Below are positions 1-13,478 of a DNA stretch of 64,000 nt, one piece after another. Origin of the DNA: Lama guanicoe (taxonomy: Eukaryota); assembly GCA_013239625.1 (NCBI GenBank), contig MU053810.1:2925518-2989517 (forward strand), written 5' to 3'. Each line of letters opens with the position of its first letter. Position 1 is the first letter of the stretch. A model generated the notes under the pieces. The model saw only the letters and a program-made list of their open reading frames with translations, did no database searches and had not been told where the DNA came from. The translations under genes were made by a program, and so were the position numbers.

Positions 1-824
1 TGGTGAGCACAGTCTTGAGCTTGGCGGCTATAAGCTGTACATTTATTCATAACTTAGGAAATTTTGGTGGATAACTAGCACAAGAGACTCATATCAGTTG
101 GAGACCACTTCAAATTAAATTCTCCACTTAAAGTTTTGTCCTATGTAAGTCACATACCTTAGGACCACCAACTTACATGAGGACTCACTGATGGTTACAG
201 AATTTCAGGGGAGATGTAAAAACAACCAGGTTGATATAGGCAAGTTTTGACACTCTGAGTAATGCTAACTTTTAGGCCAGCTGCGCAGGGCATTTTTTTC
301 CTATTTTATTCAGTATTTTGATTCACCTGAGAGGATCATTCAGCATCATTCCACTGCAGTACCAACCACATGTACTGCCTACTCTTTTAAACTGTGCAAG
401 GTGGCAGCAATTCACTGAATGATCACAGATCAAAAACCAAAACAAAGGTTACAAAGTTTGCCAACAGCTTTAAGCTTTTAATCCTAGAATAGTTACAAAA
501 CTTATCATTTACAAATCTACAACTCAGTCATTATCTTCTAAAACAATAGAAATAACTGGTGTCAAGTTTCCAAAGTGACCCATTATATTCAACACCATCC
601 TTTAATTATAAATGCATATTTGAATAGTTTTATACTGCACAATTAAAGTTCCATTAGAATTTTTTCCAGAATTTTCACTCAGCTATTTGCTACCTAAATT
701 GGTCCGTATCTTTTCTTTTCTACAAGTCACTACTCCCTTCAAAGTAAAAGTTTACGTAAGTGAAAGAATATACAAGGAACTCAATAAAAGTACATTCTTG
801 TAAAAACTAAGATAAAAGAATAGC

Positions 825-1012
825 TCTAATATTTATTGAGCAATATATGCTACATGTATCATAATACTGAAACCTCACAACCACCTTATAAGGTAAGGGC
901 TGCTTATCTCACAGATGAGAAAACTAAGATTTATAGACTTAATGCCTCTTACCCAAGACCACACAATCAGTAAGTATTACAGCAACTCAACTCTGAGCTC
1001 TTAGCCACCACG
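825..1012 (-). mobile_element. MIR SINE
   Basis: MIR core (...ctcacaaccaccttataaggta...acagatgagaaaactaag...). Confidence 0.7.
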
Positions 1013-1019
1013 CTTTAAA

Positions 1020-1765
1020 ATAAACATTTCCCCCACATTTTAAACTCTTTAAAATCAGGGTGAATCTTACAATTGTTGGTGTGTGACAGCTGCTGCTGCA
1101 GCAATTCTAAGTGACAACAGCGAGGCGGCTGAGGTTCCCTGTGTGTGCATGAACCTCCAAAGCACTAGTACCAAGACTTGCAGAATTTGGGTTGGAAGAA
1201 AGTCCTAGAAATGATCCTGGAACACTCCTTGTAATTCCTAAGAACCAAACAATTGTGAGGAGAGGAGTGGAAAAGGGAAACTGGACATATTTAGCAGCAT
1301 TTCCAAAGTGGGTATCAAAAGTAAGCTAACGCCACATAATTGCAAAGGTGACTTAAGAACTCAGCACCAGTGGATTCCAATTCTTTTTCAGAAATGCCGC
1401 ACAGAGGAAGACTCCGTGTAGAAAAAACTGAACATCAGTGATCAAGTCAAAAAGTGATTCAATCCATGAATGACCAAAAAATTGTGCTGAACACTGGAAT
1501 TTGACACAACATTGTAAAATGATTATAAATCAATAAAAAATGTTAAAAAAAGTGATTCAAAACAGACTCTGAATGTAAAGAACTTCAGCAATTCTTTAGC
1601 CAATTTATTTCACATATATTTTCCATTTTCAGGTATGTGTGAGAGTTATAAATAATCTCTCAACTGTGATAGAGTTCTTTTGATAAACATGAAAATTCTA
1701 AATGGTAAAAAGCTTTGGCAGTACGCTTTCCTTGTAAGTAGTATGTGACATAATGGTACAACATG
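1020..1765 (+). mobile_element. Tc2/pogo-type DNA transposon fossil (Kanga1/MER104-like) with nested insertions
   Basis: ccccacattttaaactctttaaaatcagggtgaatcttacaat resembles the Kanga/MER104 terminal region, followed by decayed transposase-end-like sequence. Confidence 0.5.
1463..1546 (+). mobile_element. Extremely 5'-truncated young L1 (84-bp 3' terminus)
   Basis: L1 3'UTR end (...tgacacaacattgtaaaatgattataaatcaataaaaaatgttaaa) with exact TSD aaaaagtgattcaa at 1449-1462 and 1547-1560. Confidence 0.85.
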
Positions 1766-2041
1766 CTATAACAGCAAAGCCATTGCTTACTATGTGACTC
1801 ACTATAGGACACCTTAAAAATTGAGCTTCAGATATAACATCAATAAAATCACGCCCCCCTCCTCCCAACCTCATCTTCTGACCAGGAGGTTATGCATTAT
1901 GCAGGATAAAAACCTGATGTTTAACACAGATCATATAGCATTGGCACTTTCCCAGTTTTTTTTTTAAGATTCATAAAGTATGTTTTCTGCTGAGTTTCCA
2001 ATTTACTCAGTTCCAGGTTTTCTTTATGTTAACTTACAGAC

Positions 2042-2072
2042 AGTTGGTCCGAGGGTTGTGGGTTATGGTTAA
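2042..2072 (+). pseudogene. RNY5: 5' fragment (31 nt) of Y5 RNA, a tailless retropseudogene candidate
   Basis: AGTTGGTCCGAGGGTTGTGGGTTATGGTTAA versus recalled human Y5 5' end AGTTGGTCCGAGTGTTGTGGGTTATTGTTAA (29/31), starting at Y5 nt 1. Degenerate flanking direct repeats at 2024-2040 and 2077-2093. Confidence 0.8.
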
Positions 2073-4023
2073 AATCTTATGTCGACCTATATATAATTTG
2101 CAAGGCTAGGGTAAAAACTAAAAATATTTTTGGCATTTGAGTTAATTTCTTAAATTATCACTGTTACCATGAAAATGTTTAACATCATTGATTTCAATTA
2201 GCATTTTTTGCCACTCAGCATTCTGATGTTTCTAAGTTTTCTTTATTGGGCAGATTTATTACAAGCATAAAATAAAAAATAATGTAATTCAAATTTACCG
2301 ACAATGAATGTTTTCCTTCATAGGTCTTGACAGACTCCTTCCTACATCAGCACCTCTATCTAAAGTTGGCAGACCCAACATGTCTTTTCAAACATGAACC
2401 ACAACAGAATATGGAGTTGATTTGATTTCTGCTGTGCTACTTCCACAAAAATATTCCTAAAATTATTCTCTCATAGATAGTTAGTATGGTCACTGATTAT
2501 AGTAGGAAGAGAAGATAAAAACTATTAGCCTAAGAGTTTGGAATCTTATCCTAAATATTCTGAATTTTTTTCTGTTCATATCCTAATTTTTCTACATTGC
2601 TGATCTCTCATGTACCTTGTACATCACAATCAAGCTCTGAAATATAGCTTCTAGACTTTCATTCCATAGTAATTAGAATAAGTACGTTTAGTTTATTCTG
2701 ATATGACTGTGGCCACAGAAGTATATATAATACCTGTCTAAACATATATGTGGCATAATACCTTTAATTTTATAATTTGTTTATAGAAATATTTAGAAAA
2801 AATGACTCCTGATAAATGTTTCCCTTGAAACATTAGATTCAGCTCATCAATAATTCAATAACTAGAAGTGAAATAATTTATTTGGATATCATTTATGTCA
2901 AACAATGAATTGTTTATCTTAATGTATTTCACCTTTAGAAGGTAAAATCATTTCAAAGAGTCGTATCTTGTCCCTCTCTTTGCTATATATTTATAAGGAC
3001 TAACAAGAGAAAATTTTAAGGCCTATTAGAAATCAAAAGAAAAGGAGATCTGGAAATACAACGTAAACTTTTAAGTAAGAAATACTAGCCTAGAAAAATT
3101 GATAGAAGAAAAACACAGAGTCATTTTTAAGCTCCTTCCTTTGAAAAACGTAAGGTATAGTTTTTTTTTTTAATAACTTGTCACAGCTGATTTCTGCTCA
3201 TATCAGAAACTCCTCCAAAACTTATTTGGAAAACATTTTGAACTGAGAGTTTGACATTATTTAAATTGCATTTATTGAAATTAATCATTAAAACTAAAGA
3301 GCAAATGGGACAAATATAATTACATAGCATAAAAAATATCAAAAACTAACAATTTTAGAATTTTAGAGCAACCTGGATGGTATTATAACTGCCTAGAGTA
3401 ACTGGAGCATACTGAGAGAAGGCAAGACAACATGACTAAATACATCATATCATGTAAACAGATTTCAAGTACAAAAGAATATGTTCTCAGAAAACTTTTC
3501 AGGAACTGAATACTATAATTTAAGCTCACCATCTCCCCCCTTTTCTCTTTATCTTCTTTATTTAATACACATCTGCATAAAATTAAGAACTCTGCTCTAC
3601 CGTAGTTGTTTACTGATTGGAGTGTGACCTAATCTTTGTTTTGCTTTCAAAGGGACTTTTAAAAATACAATATAGATGAATCACTGGAGAAATAAATTTT
3701 AAAACAAGGATACATAAAATATAACCCCAAATTTTGCTATTATTAGATTCAATAGTCATAAAATTTCCGTCAAATTGCCATAAACATTTCTAAATGCTTA
3801 CTCTGAATTTCTGTGTTAACATCATTGCAAACAAGTAACAAATAATTTACAAGCCAGCTCCAGTCCACAGACCACCATTTAAAGTAGCACTATCTCAGAG
3901 ACAAGAAAGAAAATAAGACTGAAAAATGAATTAGGAATTAGTGACTAAAGCTTTATTCAAGTGCTAAGTTTCCATAAATTTTCTGTTTAAGAGTATACAT
4001 TTACATGTAAAATAAATGCACTG

Positions 4024-4132
4024 CGGGGGGGGGTATAGCTCAAGTAGAGCATATGCTTAGTATGCACAAGGTCCTGGGTTCAATCCCTGGTACCTTCTCT
4101 AAAAATAAACAAATAAGCCTAAAAAATAAAAT
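4024..4132 (+). mobile_element. Camelid tRNA-Ala-derived SINE (Vic-1/VicSINE type)
   Basis: ggggg-gtatagctcaagtagagc...gggttcaatccc with A and B boxes, A-rich tail, TSD aaaataaatgca(c/t)tg at 4009-4023 and 4133-4147. Confidence 0.88.
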
Positions 4133-4681
4133 AAAATAAATGCATTGAATGTAACTTTCTTTTAAAAAGAAAGCAGAAGCTTTATCACATTTGAAGGCAA
4201 GTGCTGAGTTTGAATGATGTTTTAGCATGCAATCAATTTAGATGAGAAAAATACTGAGTCTTGAAAAGAAAAGAAACTATCAAGTAAACAAATCTAATCT
4301 TTTTTCCCTTAAGAGTAGCATTGGCTGTCCGAGCAATCCCATAAACAATTCCTACTTGTCCAGTATAAAACACTACTTGCTCTAAATGAGTGGTCAGGAG
4401 GGTACCGCCTTGGACAGCATAAAATGGACAAAATGGACTGATGATCACCCACTGGCTTTAATCCAGAACTACTCCTCTCATCTCTACTACTTCAGAATAG
4501 CTGCTGGTATATTTCATGCTCTACAGCATGAAAACAGAAATAGGGTAATTCAGGTTGAAAACAAAAAACAGAACCAGATCTCCTAAATATCATGATACAT
4601 TCTAGTAAAAAATCTTTGCTTAGGGAAACAAAACAAAACAAAACAAAACAGAAAGCTTCTTCAAAATGTAACACCATTTTT

Positions 4682-4801
4682 CTTTTCTTCCTTTTCTTTA
4701 TTGAAGTATAGTTGATTTACTATGTTGTGTTAGTTTCTGGTGTACAGCACAGTGATTCAGTTATGCATCTATATATTCCTTTTCATATGCTCTTATTCTT
4801 C
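4682..4801 (-). mobile_element. Short L1 3' end
   Basis: ttattgaagtatagttgatttac...gtacagcacagtgattcagtt, TSD taacaccat at 4669-4677 and 4802-4810. Confidence 0.8.
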
Positions 4802-6562
4802 TAACACCATCTTTCAAATCAACTTCCAACTTAGTTTACAGCTTTACAAACCACATAGTTAACTGAAGTAATATTAAACACTGGCAATTTATGGAGTAAG
4901 CCTTAAAAAGTAATAAACCCAGAAATGATTAGTTTGTGTATACACACACACATATATATACACACAATACCTAAAGAACAGGACTACCTGTTGTTGGCTG
5001 TGTTACTGATTAGGTGTTCCAGTTTCTCATTCCTCTAATTATGAGATGTGCTATTGGTTGTATGTTCTGGTCTCTCAATTCTCTAAAAATCAAAATTCCC
5101 GTAACAAAGAAGAAATTCTGTTGCTTCTACTATTGAACTGTCATGATTAAAGAAGTACAGTTTTCCCTATGTGACTCCTAAAGGCACCAATGAATAAAAA
5201 TGAATTTAGATTTAGGTTAAATTTTAATAACTAACACTAACAATGATAAAGACTATCTAGAAAGAAAGTGATGATATCTCTATTACCAGAGAAAACCAAA
5301 CAGAAGGTAGATAACTAGTAACAATTAAACTAAAATTATTTTCTAATGTTCTGCTCAGTACTAAGATTGTATCAGTCTACAGTGGTCCTAACAAAGGGAT
5401 GAAATATGTCCCAGCAAGTGGCTAGAACTCCTACAACAGAAGAAACAGGCACAATAGACAGAATTTTGCTGAAATGAAACTAAGTCTATATCCTGAGGGA
5501 TCAGCATTCTTCTAATATGCTGTCGTACCTGAAGTTACTCACAGTGGGTAAGAGAATTGTTTCAATACAAATTTGAGACAAACCTGAATGTAACATAATA
5601 TGGCATGGTTAACAAAACTGTATTTAGTAGTAATTATTAAGACTATGTAGTTTTACACTCACTACTTTTTTTTTTTAAGTGCTAGCAAAGATTGTGGAAA
5701 TGAAGGTTTTTCTGGTTTGAAATATGATTTGCAAGAATAGTAGTCTACCAACCAGATGGGTCTTAACACTTTTCTTTTTAGTAATAAGGAAGTTATGCTA
5801 AACTTCACCACTTAAAATTAAAATTAAAATAAGATGGAATTTTTCACCTTTAAGAATATAGACAATGTAAAACTTTGACTAGAGTATCAAATACTCCAGG
5901 GTTCAGAGAGTGTAAATCAGTGTAGCCACTATGGAAAGTAATTTGGCTGTGTCTAATAAGATTCAAAATATGATCCAGTTAATCCACTTCTGGGTGTATA
6001 ACTCAAAACAGACTAAGACACACAGTACAAAACATATTTTGCATCACACCATAAACTTTGAGACCTGCAGTAAGAAATGCATTGTATATAACTTGTGTCC
6101 TGAGCTGTGGTATGTCTCATGAAAAAGTGCCCTTTACTTTGACACTTTCTATTACATGCTATTCTTTTTCAATAGGCAGATTCCAACCTACTAAACTGAT
6201 TTCACTACCTGCTGTTTAGAAAACACTGCCCTAAAAAAAAATATAGTAATATGTACAAAATAACATCTGTAGAGTTGTTCACTGGGGTATTGTTTAAAAT
6301 GGAGAAAAAAACCGCATAAACTTGTATGTCCATCCAGACAACTGAATAATTTAAATGTAAAATACAATGTAACATTATGAAACAGTTAACAGTTTAAATT
6401 AGATCTCTCTATTTAATATGTATCTTAAAAATAAAACGTAGAGTGAAAAAAGCAACAAGCAGAACAGTATTTCCGGAATTATATCATTTATGCAGATTTC
6501 CAGCAATAGCATATTATGGTTATGAATATGTATACATACATATATAAAAAGATGTCCTAGAA

Positions 6563-6620
6563 GTGTGTGTGTGTGCGTATATATATACACACACACACAC
6601 ATATACACACATATATATAT
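6563..6620. repeat. Compound self-complementary (TG)n(TA)n(CA)n microsatellite
   Basis: gtgtgtgtgtgtgcgtatatatatacacacacacacac read directly. Confidence 0.9.
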
Positions 6621-9600
6621 GAACTCACAGCAGGGCACAGGGTTCTCAGATGGTAAAGCTTGGCTAGGAAGGATTTTAGCTATATATATAATGTTTAAAT
6701 TTTTAGAGAGTATTTAAATGTTATTTGAAATAAATACTCAGAAAAGTTGCAGCAAGTTTTGAGATGGGACTCAGAGTAGCATGAATGAATGAATGGGAGT
6801 AGGGGTGAGAAAGAATGAGGTACAGATGAGCAGAACCAGGTGTACATACCCATACACTTAAATCAATGAATAAGAGAGAAAAGAGAAGCTGAAAAAAAAA
6901 ATCATAAGGACTAAGGAAAGATTAGGGAGGTATGTAGCAACAGCTGGGGGGTTAAAAAAAAAAAAAGCATGAAGTGGGCTGAATAGGCAGGAAGAAAAGG
7001 CCTAACAACTGGTAAACTGATCCATTCCTCATTGGTGGTTCAACTGTATAAATAAAAGGGTGGCAGCTTAGTGGGAAAGTACTTAGCAACGCTGTTTACA
7101 CAGACAACAGAAAGTGCCACTAGAGTGGCAAATTGAACTGTGCAAGGCCAATTAACCCTTTCACCTTAGCGTTTTATACGAGCTATCTTACTTACTGTGC
7201 CTCTGTTAGATCTACACTGATATGTGTTAGAACCAAATGCAATTATAAATCATTGTTACATGTATTGATGAATTCTGCAAATTCCATGAAGCACATCCAT
7301 TTTATTTAGTGTTCTGAATACCTTCCTTGCTACTCTCATCTGGCTTTAATTAAGGAACACTTTCAAAGGAAGAGAGGTTATCCAGAAATTCAAACTGCAC
7401 ATGTCCTTTATTAAACTATGAATTGATTACTACTCAAGATTTTCAGCCTAACAGATTTTTTTTTTTAAGGTTAGATTCACCTCAGATTTCTTCTAGACAA
7501 ATTAGGGGAAAATTAGAAAAAGAGTAACATATTTAAGTGGGCAAAAATGTAATAGGGAAATCCCAGTATGCATTCAAGAGGTTTGTAAATCAACCAGCTG
7601 CTACATAAGCAGTTACACCTATAATTATAATTTACTACGTATAAGGGAAACTTTGTATCTTGAAGATTTTTTAAAAAGACAGTAATAGGTTTATTGCTGG
7701 AAATTGTATTCATCTTCCTGATTCCAAAATACAGCCGTGTATCTTCTTTGAACTATCTACATTTGAGAGAGAGGATCGTATCCTCTATAAACTGTATAAA
7801 ACATAGAAGAAAGGTATCATATACTAGGCATGCAAATATTTGGTAATGACCAATTTTGTGAATTGTTTGGCATATGTGAAAGGCCTTACTTCTAGGAGGT
7901 GGGATGGCCAATAATTAAAAAAGCATATAATCACTCAATTGTAAGTTAAAGCAACCCACATAAATATTTATTCATGAATCCTAATACTCTTTTCTCTACT
8001 GCCCATAGCTCCTGAAGGTACCAATCTCATCCCACTATCAGCTAAAATTCCATGCCAAATCTTCTTCTGGCCATGTTATTTAGCACTGAATCACAATAGC
8101 AATATTTAGCAATAGCAATATTTAGCCAAAGTAACATATAAATTGCAATAGCTAGTCAAATACTGGGAAAATGCCAACAGGTATTTTTGAAGTGGGGTTT
8201 ATAGAAATACACACTATGTCCTAAACTAGCAAAGATCAATACTAGTTGTAAAAGTTACACTCGCTTTTGGGAGCAGGGGACTTTTAAAAGCAGAAGAGCT
8301 GGAGGATTTGGCCTTCATCTAGCTTATTGACTTCACTGGCTATGTTAAAATCAGGGAGGACGAGGACAGCCACCTTTGCCTTTCTCTAGGTCTTTTCTTG
8401 AATGCAGACCACCCCTTAGGTCCTCCTATTTCTTTTCCATAATACCACCAACATAACCACTGCAAAAGCAACGAATCAAAACAAGCAGCATCAGTGAAGA
8501 GGGAGTGGGGCCAATGGTAAACAGAAGGAGCGATGATAAATCCAAACCTGCCCTCGTGAACCAACCAGGCATGAGGATGCTTCTCCATAGGTAGGTGTGG
8601 AATATGGTGGACACTCACACAGCTGGCCTCCTACTCCCCTGACGTGTTCCTACACTCACGAATGCAAATTCTAGTACTCAGGACTTAATACCAGACAAGA
8701 TTCAAGACTTCTTTCGTCTCAGTGATTAAAAGAAAAAAAAATACCAAATTTAAAAAATGAAAAGAAAAATGAAGTAATAGATTATGTCAAGTAAACATAT
8801 TATCTAAAGTTGCAATAAAGTCTAATTTGCAAAGCTGTTTCTCTAAAGTAACTATTATCAGGTTTTCTTCAGAAATTCACTTCCTTGTGTTGTAAACATA
8901 TAAACTAAAATATGAATTAAAATAAAATTCTGAAGGAGAAATGGTTTCCAAAAGTAGTAATTATTAATTAATTTAACCCAAGCAAGTATTGCGTGATTAG
9001 AAGAAGTACAGATTATCTGTTCCTACTTCTCTTCTGAACACTCTAACCTCTGAAGCCAATTTTGGACTTGAGCTTAGAATTGATCCCCAGTGCAGGAGAG
9101 CAAAATACACATGCCAAGGAGACAATAGTTATCATGATTTTTTTCACATTAAATAAAACAACTACATCTTAATACAGCCAATAAAACATTTAAGTCAAGC
9201 TTATGTTCCAGTGTTGGCCCTACATGCAATCTTTACATCACTCTGGTTCTACACTTTCCCACTTGGATGTTGAGAGTTGATAATCAGTCTTTTCTCTTTT
9301 TGGAAAGCTGACAAGATTGTCTAATATAAAAATTCTTTGAAAAGTCTACAGGAAAGTAATAAATAAATGAAGAAAATACTTTTCAAAGTGATAATGGAAA
9401 AAATTCACACCAAGTTATGTTTCTACATTCTGTACTTCAAACAACATTTAGATGTAACTGCCAAACTTTTTTTTTTTTCCACACGAGGATGTCTAGTTTC
9501 TATAAAGGAACATTTGGCTTCTTTTGTAACTTAGATTAAGCTTCAATAGCTTTCTTCCTAAAACTCTTCTATTTTAAGTATTTCCAACTTTCTCTTTCCT

Positions 9601-9652
9601 CATCAGCTCAAATATATATGAATAGAGTGAGATTTTTCTTGATTAACTCTTT

Positions 9653-9764
9653 TTATATAGGTAATTTTTTATTAAGCTTTTTTTTTTGACGGAGGTACTG
9701 GGGATTGAACCCATGACCTCATGCATGTTAAGCATGTGCCCTACCATTGAGCTATATCCATGCC
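9653..9764 (-). mobile_element. Vic-1-type SINE
   Basis: Reverse-complement tRNA-Ala-like head. Exact flanking repeat cttgattaactcttt at 9638-9652 and 9765-9779. Confidence 0.88.
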
Positions 9765-11539
9765 CTTGATTAACTCTTTGATAGACAATATTCAAGAAGA
9801 CTAAAGAATATAAAATATAAAAGGCCACTAGTCACCTAGAAGCATATCTCCATCTAAAGAGGGAAATTTTAATAAGGAGGGAGGAAGAAAGGGAGAGAAA
9901 TACAACAGGTTACTCTTCAAGAGTTTCCATTACTTCTTGAAGCAAGATTGTGTAGCACTCATACACTAATAAAGTAATTTATAGAATCACAAAGTCTGTC
10001 AGTAAAGTGGAAAGTCATTTAGCAAGTGAAAGGATTGGCTCAGAATCTTAAGACCAGGGTCAGCAACTTCTAAAGCCTGAAGTGCATTCAGCACAACTAG
10101 GCTGGCCCTACTGTTTACAGGCCACACAGAGAAGCCAGTCCATCAACTGATTACATCTTATCTTGCAATGCTACCAAATTATGTCCTGTCTATAAAGGGC
10201 AGGAATCATATTATACATTTCTTTCAAAGATTCCATAAAACCCAGCACAGAGCCAGAGACTAATAGAACAGATGAAGGAATAGAAAGAGGCACAGGAAAA
10301 AAAAAGGGAAAGAACTTAAAAGACTGTGCAAACATACACAAAACTACTACCTAAACTACAAAACCCAAGGAACCAAAGGCTAGAGTCCTTTTAAAAACAA
10401 ACTACATCACAAGGCCATCTTCTATTCAAAGACTCTGTAAATTCAACACGTGATATGACTTTACAATGTTATCAGAAACATCTAAGGCCATAAAAAATAC
10501 AAATATCAACTTTGGTTAAATACTGTCATTGAAGTGCACATATATTAGCAATCAATTACTCAGTTTATTGCAGGTTAATTACTGCTCTGACATGTGTTTC
10601 TTTAACTTAAACTACCTTATATGATTAGTAAATAGTGGTGTGATATCCTTATAATGCAGAAGTTGTGTTAGCCCAACTTTATTTTTTCCCATCCAGTCAA
10701 AAAAAAAAGGAAGATTGCAGACAAGCTTTCTTGAAGTTAAAGAGAAAGCTTTAGCAATACATGAAGAGCTTTGGGGGGGAAAAAAAGCTAAAAATTCACA
10801 GAAATACCTCTGAGAATGTCTATGGTTTCTACTATGTAAAGCTATCTGATGAAACTGAGTACAGTTAAAGCTAAAAAATATAAAGTGTTCATTTTTGTTT
10901 GTGCTTATAAAGTTCCATAGATTTTAAGGACATTGTTCAACCCTATTTCTCCTATGAAGTCTGTTATTTTTAGGGTGTGATTTTGCAGAACAAGAAGCCA
11001 AATGTGGCATTATAGCAGAAATAACTATTGCATTTGGTCCATCTGGATAAAGCAGAAAATAATGGAAAGCAAATTAAAGACAGAATTCCAGGAAAGGGGA
11101 TATCCGCATTTGCTTCTTTCTTTTTTCACCATGGTTTACTGATACAACCTTCTGCAAGTCAGTGAGACTAAGGTATAATGGATAGAGGACTATCAGTCTT
11201 TTCTTGCTTACCTACTCGGAGCAAAGTTTCTTCTAGGCCTTCAACTCCTTCACTGTTTTTTTATTATAATTAAAACTTTCTTCTCCCATAGCTTTTGATT
11301 TTCTTTATATTGAATTTATTTTTTGTCTAATTCCCCAGCTTTCCTTTCTCAGAATCAAAACATAACCGACTCCTGGGGTTGGAAAGTCCTTAAGTTATCC
11401 AGTCTCACCTTACACTAAGAGTGGAATCCCTTCTATACTGTTAGTTCCAAATACCTACTGATCACAGTGCTAAACGCTATGTTAGATATTAATGAAATAG
11501 CAGCAAACAAAAAAAGACACAAAATCAAGATATTGAGCA

Positions 11540-12660
11540 AACTATACACATACATATATTTTCTAGTTCCGTCCACTGAGAAATACTACATGCAAGGACA
11601 CCACAGAAGCAACAAGCACACTTAGTGCCCATATTTTGGTTTCTAAATATTCTTCTTCAGTTGAAAGAACCAGAGCTCCTCAGAGAAATGACTGATTCCA
11701 CGGCTGGGGCAGTGGAAGTACAAGATAAGTTTGGAACATCTTGTGGTACCAGAAAATAAGTACCTCGAAAAACAACAGGGTTAAAGAAAGAAGGACGCAG
11801 GAGTCAATGTGAAGGAGCTCTCAATGGCCAAATGTGATATAGTATGAACAAACAAATAATGATAGTAATGGAGCATAACACAGATTAAAATAAATACTCA
11901 TTAGTCCATGCTAATGTAAGTAACTGACCAAACAGTGAGAAAGGATATCTCTTCCTTATAATATAGAAATAATGGAAATAGAAAACTCATCATTTGGTAA
12001 GTACCATGGTAATGTAAGACAAGAATCATCAATGGATGCTGAAATTACTGGGCAAAAGTATGATATGACATAAGATATTTCCACAATCTCAAAGTATTCT
12101 CCCACAAGAAAAATTACAAAGGGAAAATAATATAGCTTTTCAGTGAAGAAACTTGGCACACACTTAGCCAAGTAATCAAAGTGAAGCTTCTCTGTAATGA
12201 GACACATCAGTATCAAGTGCCTGGTGACGTGATCCACTGAAAGGGCACAATATCACTGCAACGCTATTCACACAACACAGGCGCAGCCTGAATTTAATTA
12301 TGAGAAAACATCAGACAAACCCAAATTGAGGGACATTCTAAAATATATCCAATACCCTTGATAAGCATCAAGGTCAAGAATGACAAATACCGAGGAACTA
12401 TTCTCAAGTAGAGGACATCACTGAGATAAGAAACCTACATGTGTGATTCTGGACCTGAAAAAGGATGCTGGTGGGACAGCTGGCAAAATCTGAATGGGAC
12501 CCGTAGGCTACTAATGGACTGTATCAATGTTAATTTTCTGATTTTGATCATTTGATTAAGTAAGACATCTGGAAAAACTAGGAGAAAGGATAAGGAATCT
12601 CTCCACATTATTTTTGCCACTTTTTCGTTAAGTCAGATTATTCCAAAATGAAAGATCATA
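11540..12660 (+). mobile_element. Old L1 3' region (L1MC/L1MD-like)
   Basis: L1MC-type 3'UTR motifs such as atgagaaaacatcagacaaacccaaattgagggacattcta. Confidence 0.7.
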
Positions 12661-12699
12661 AGTAAAAAGTTGAAAAATATATTTCTTAATACTAATATT

Positions 12700-13200
12700 T
12701 AAAGTCAGTGAGCACACATTCCTTTTGCTTTTCTTTTTCACATTTAATATGTTCTCCATTGGACGAGATTCCTAGAACCCCTACTATGCTTATAGCTCCC
12801 CTTTTAAAAAACTCCATTTGTTAATATGTATGTTACCAGGAATGTACACAATATGCTGTTATAGATTGCATTATATTTCTCACTTTCTACAATCAAGTCA
12901 CTGTATGTATGTTAATGCAAATTAGAGCTAGTTTTTAAAAGCAGATGCATCATACCGTTGGCTTGATTCAGTCTGTGATCAACTAAAACTTGAGTGTTTA
13001 TCTTCTCAGGTCAAATTAGATCTTCCCATTTTACACTTGTGCAACTGATTTTTTTTAAAAAACAAAATGCAGAATTTCATTTTTCCATGATTATTTACAT
13101 CCTTTTGGTTTCTGCTCATATTTTGCACTGAATCAGTTAGATTATTTTGAATAACAATCTATCCTTCACTCACTGTGTAATGAATACATACCACTTGGAG
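12700..13200 (-). mobile_element. L3/CR1 LINE fragment (its 3' end lies at about 11350-11460, split off by the L1MC insertion)
   Basis: Diverged similarity to CR1 RT 3' region in reverse orientation. Confidence 0.4.
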
Positions 13201-13329
13201 TGTATGTGTTTGCCATGAAGCAGTCATACCTGATTGGAAGGGTAGGCAGTAGGGAAAATCTTAATAAAGGGATGAAATTTAGACTAGACCTTTAAGAATA
13301 GGTAGCATTCGAATAGTAAGAAATAATAC

Positions 13330-13478
13330 AGAACAATGGTTATGCTCTTTGAACCAAACAGACAAGAGTGTGAATCCTAACTCCACCAATTATTAGTTTT
13401 GTTACCTTGGCGAAGTCTTTGAAATTCAAAATTTTCTCACTGATAAACTAATAAAATAATGTATACTTAAGCAGTTAG
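13330..13478 (+). mobile_element. MIR SINE
   Basis: gtgtgaatcctaactccacc...gttaccttggcgaagtc core. Confidence 0.65.

Noticed and set aside
8094..8125. Exact 16-bp tandem duplication caatagcaatatttag
   Set aside because: Ordinary slippage duplication with no functional context.
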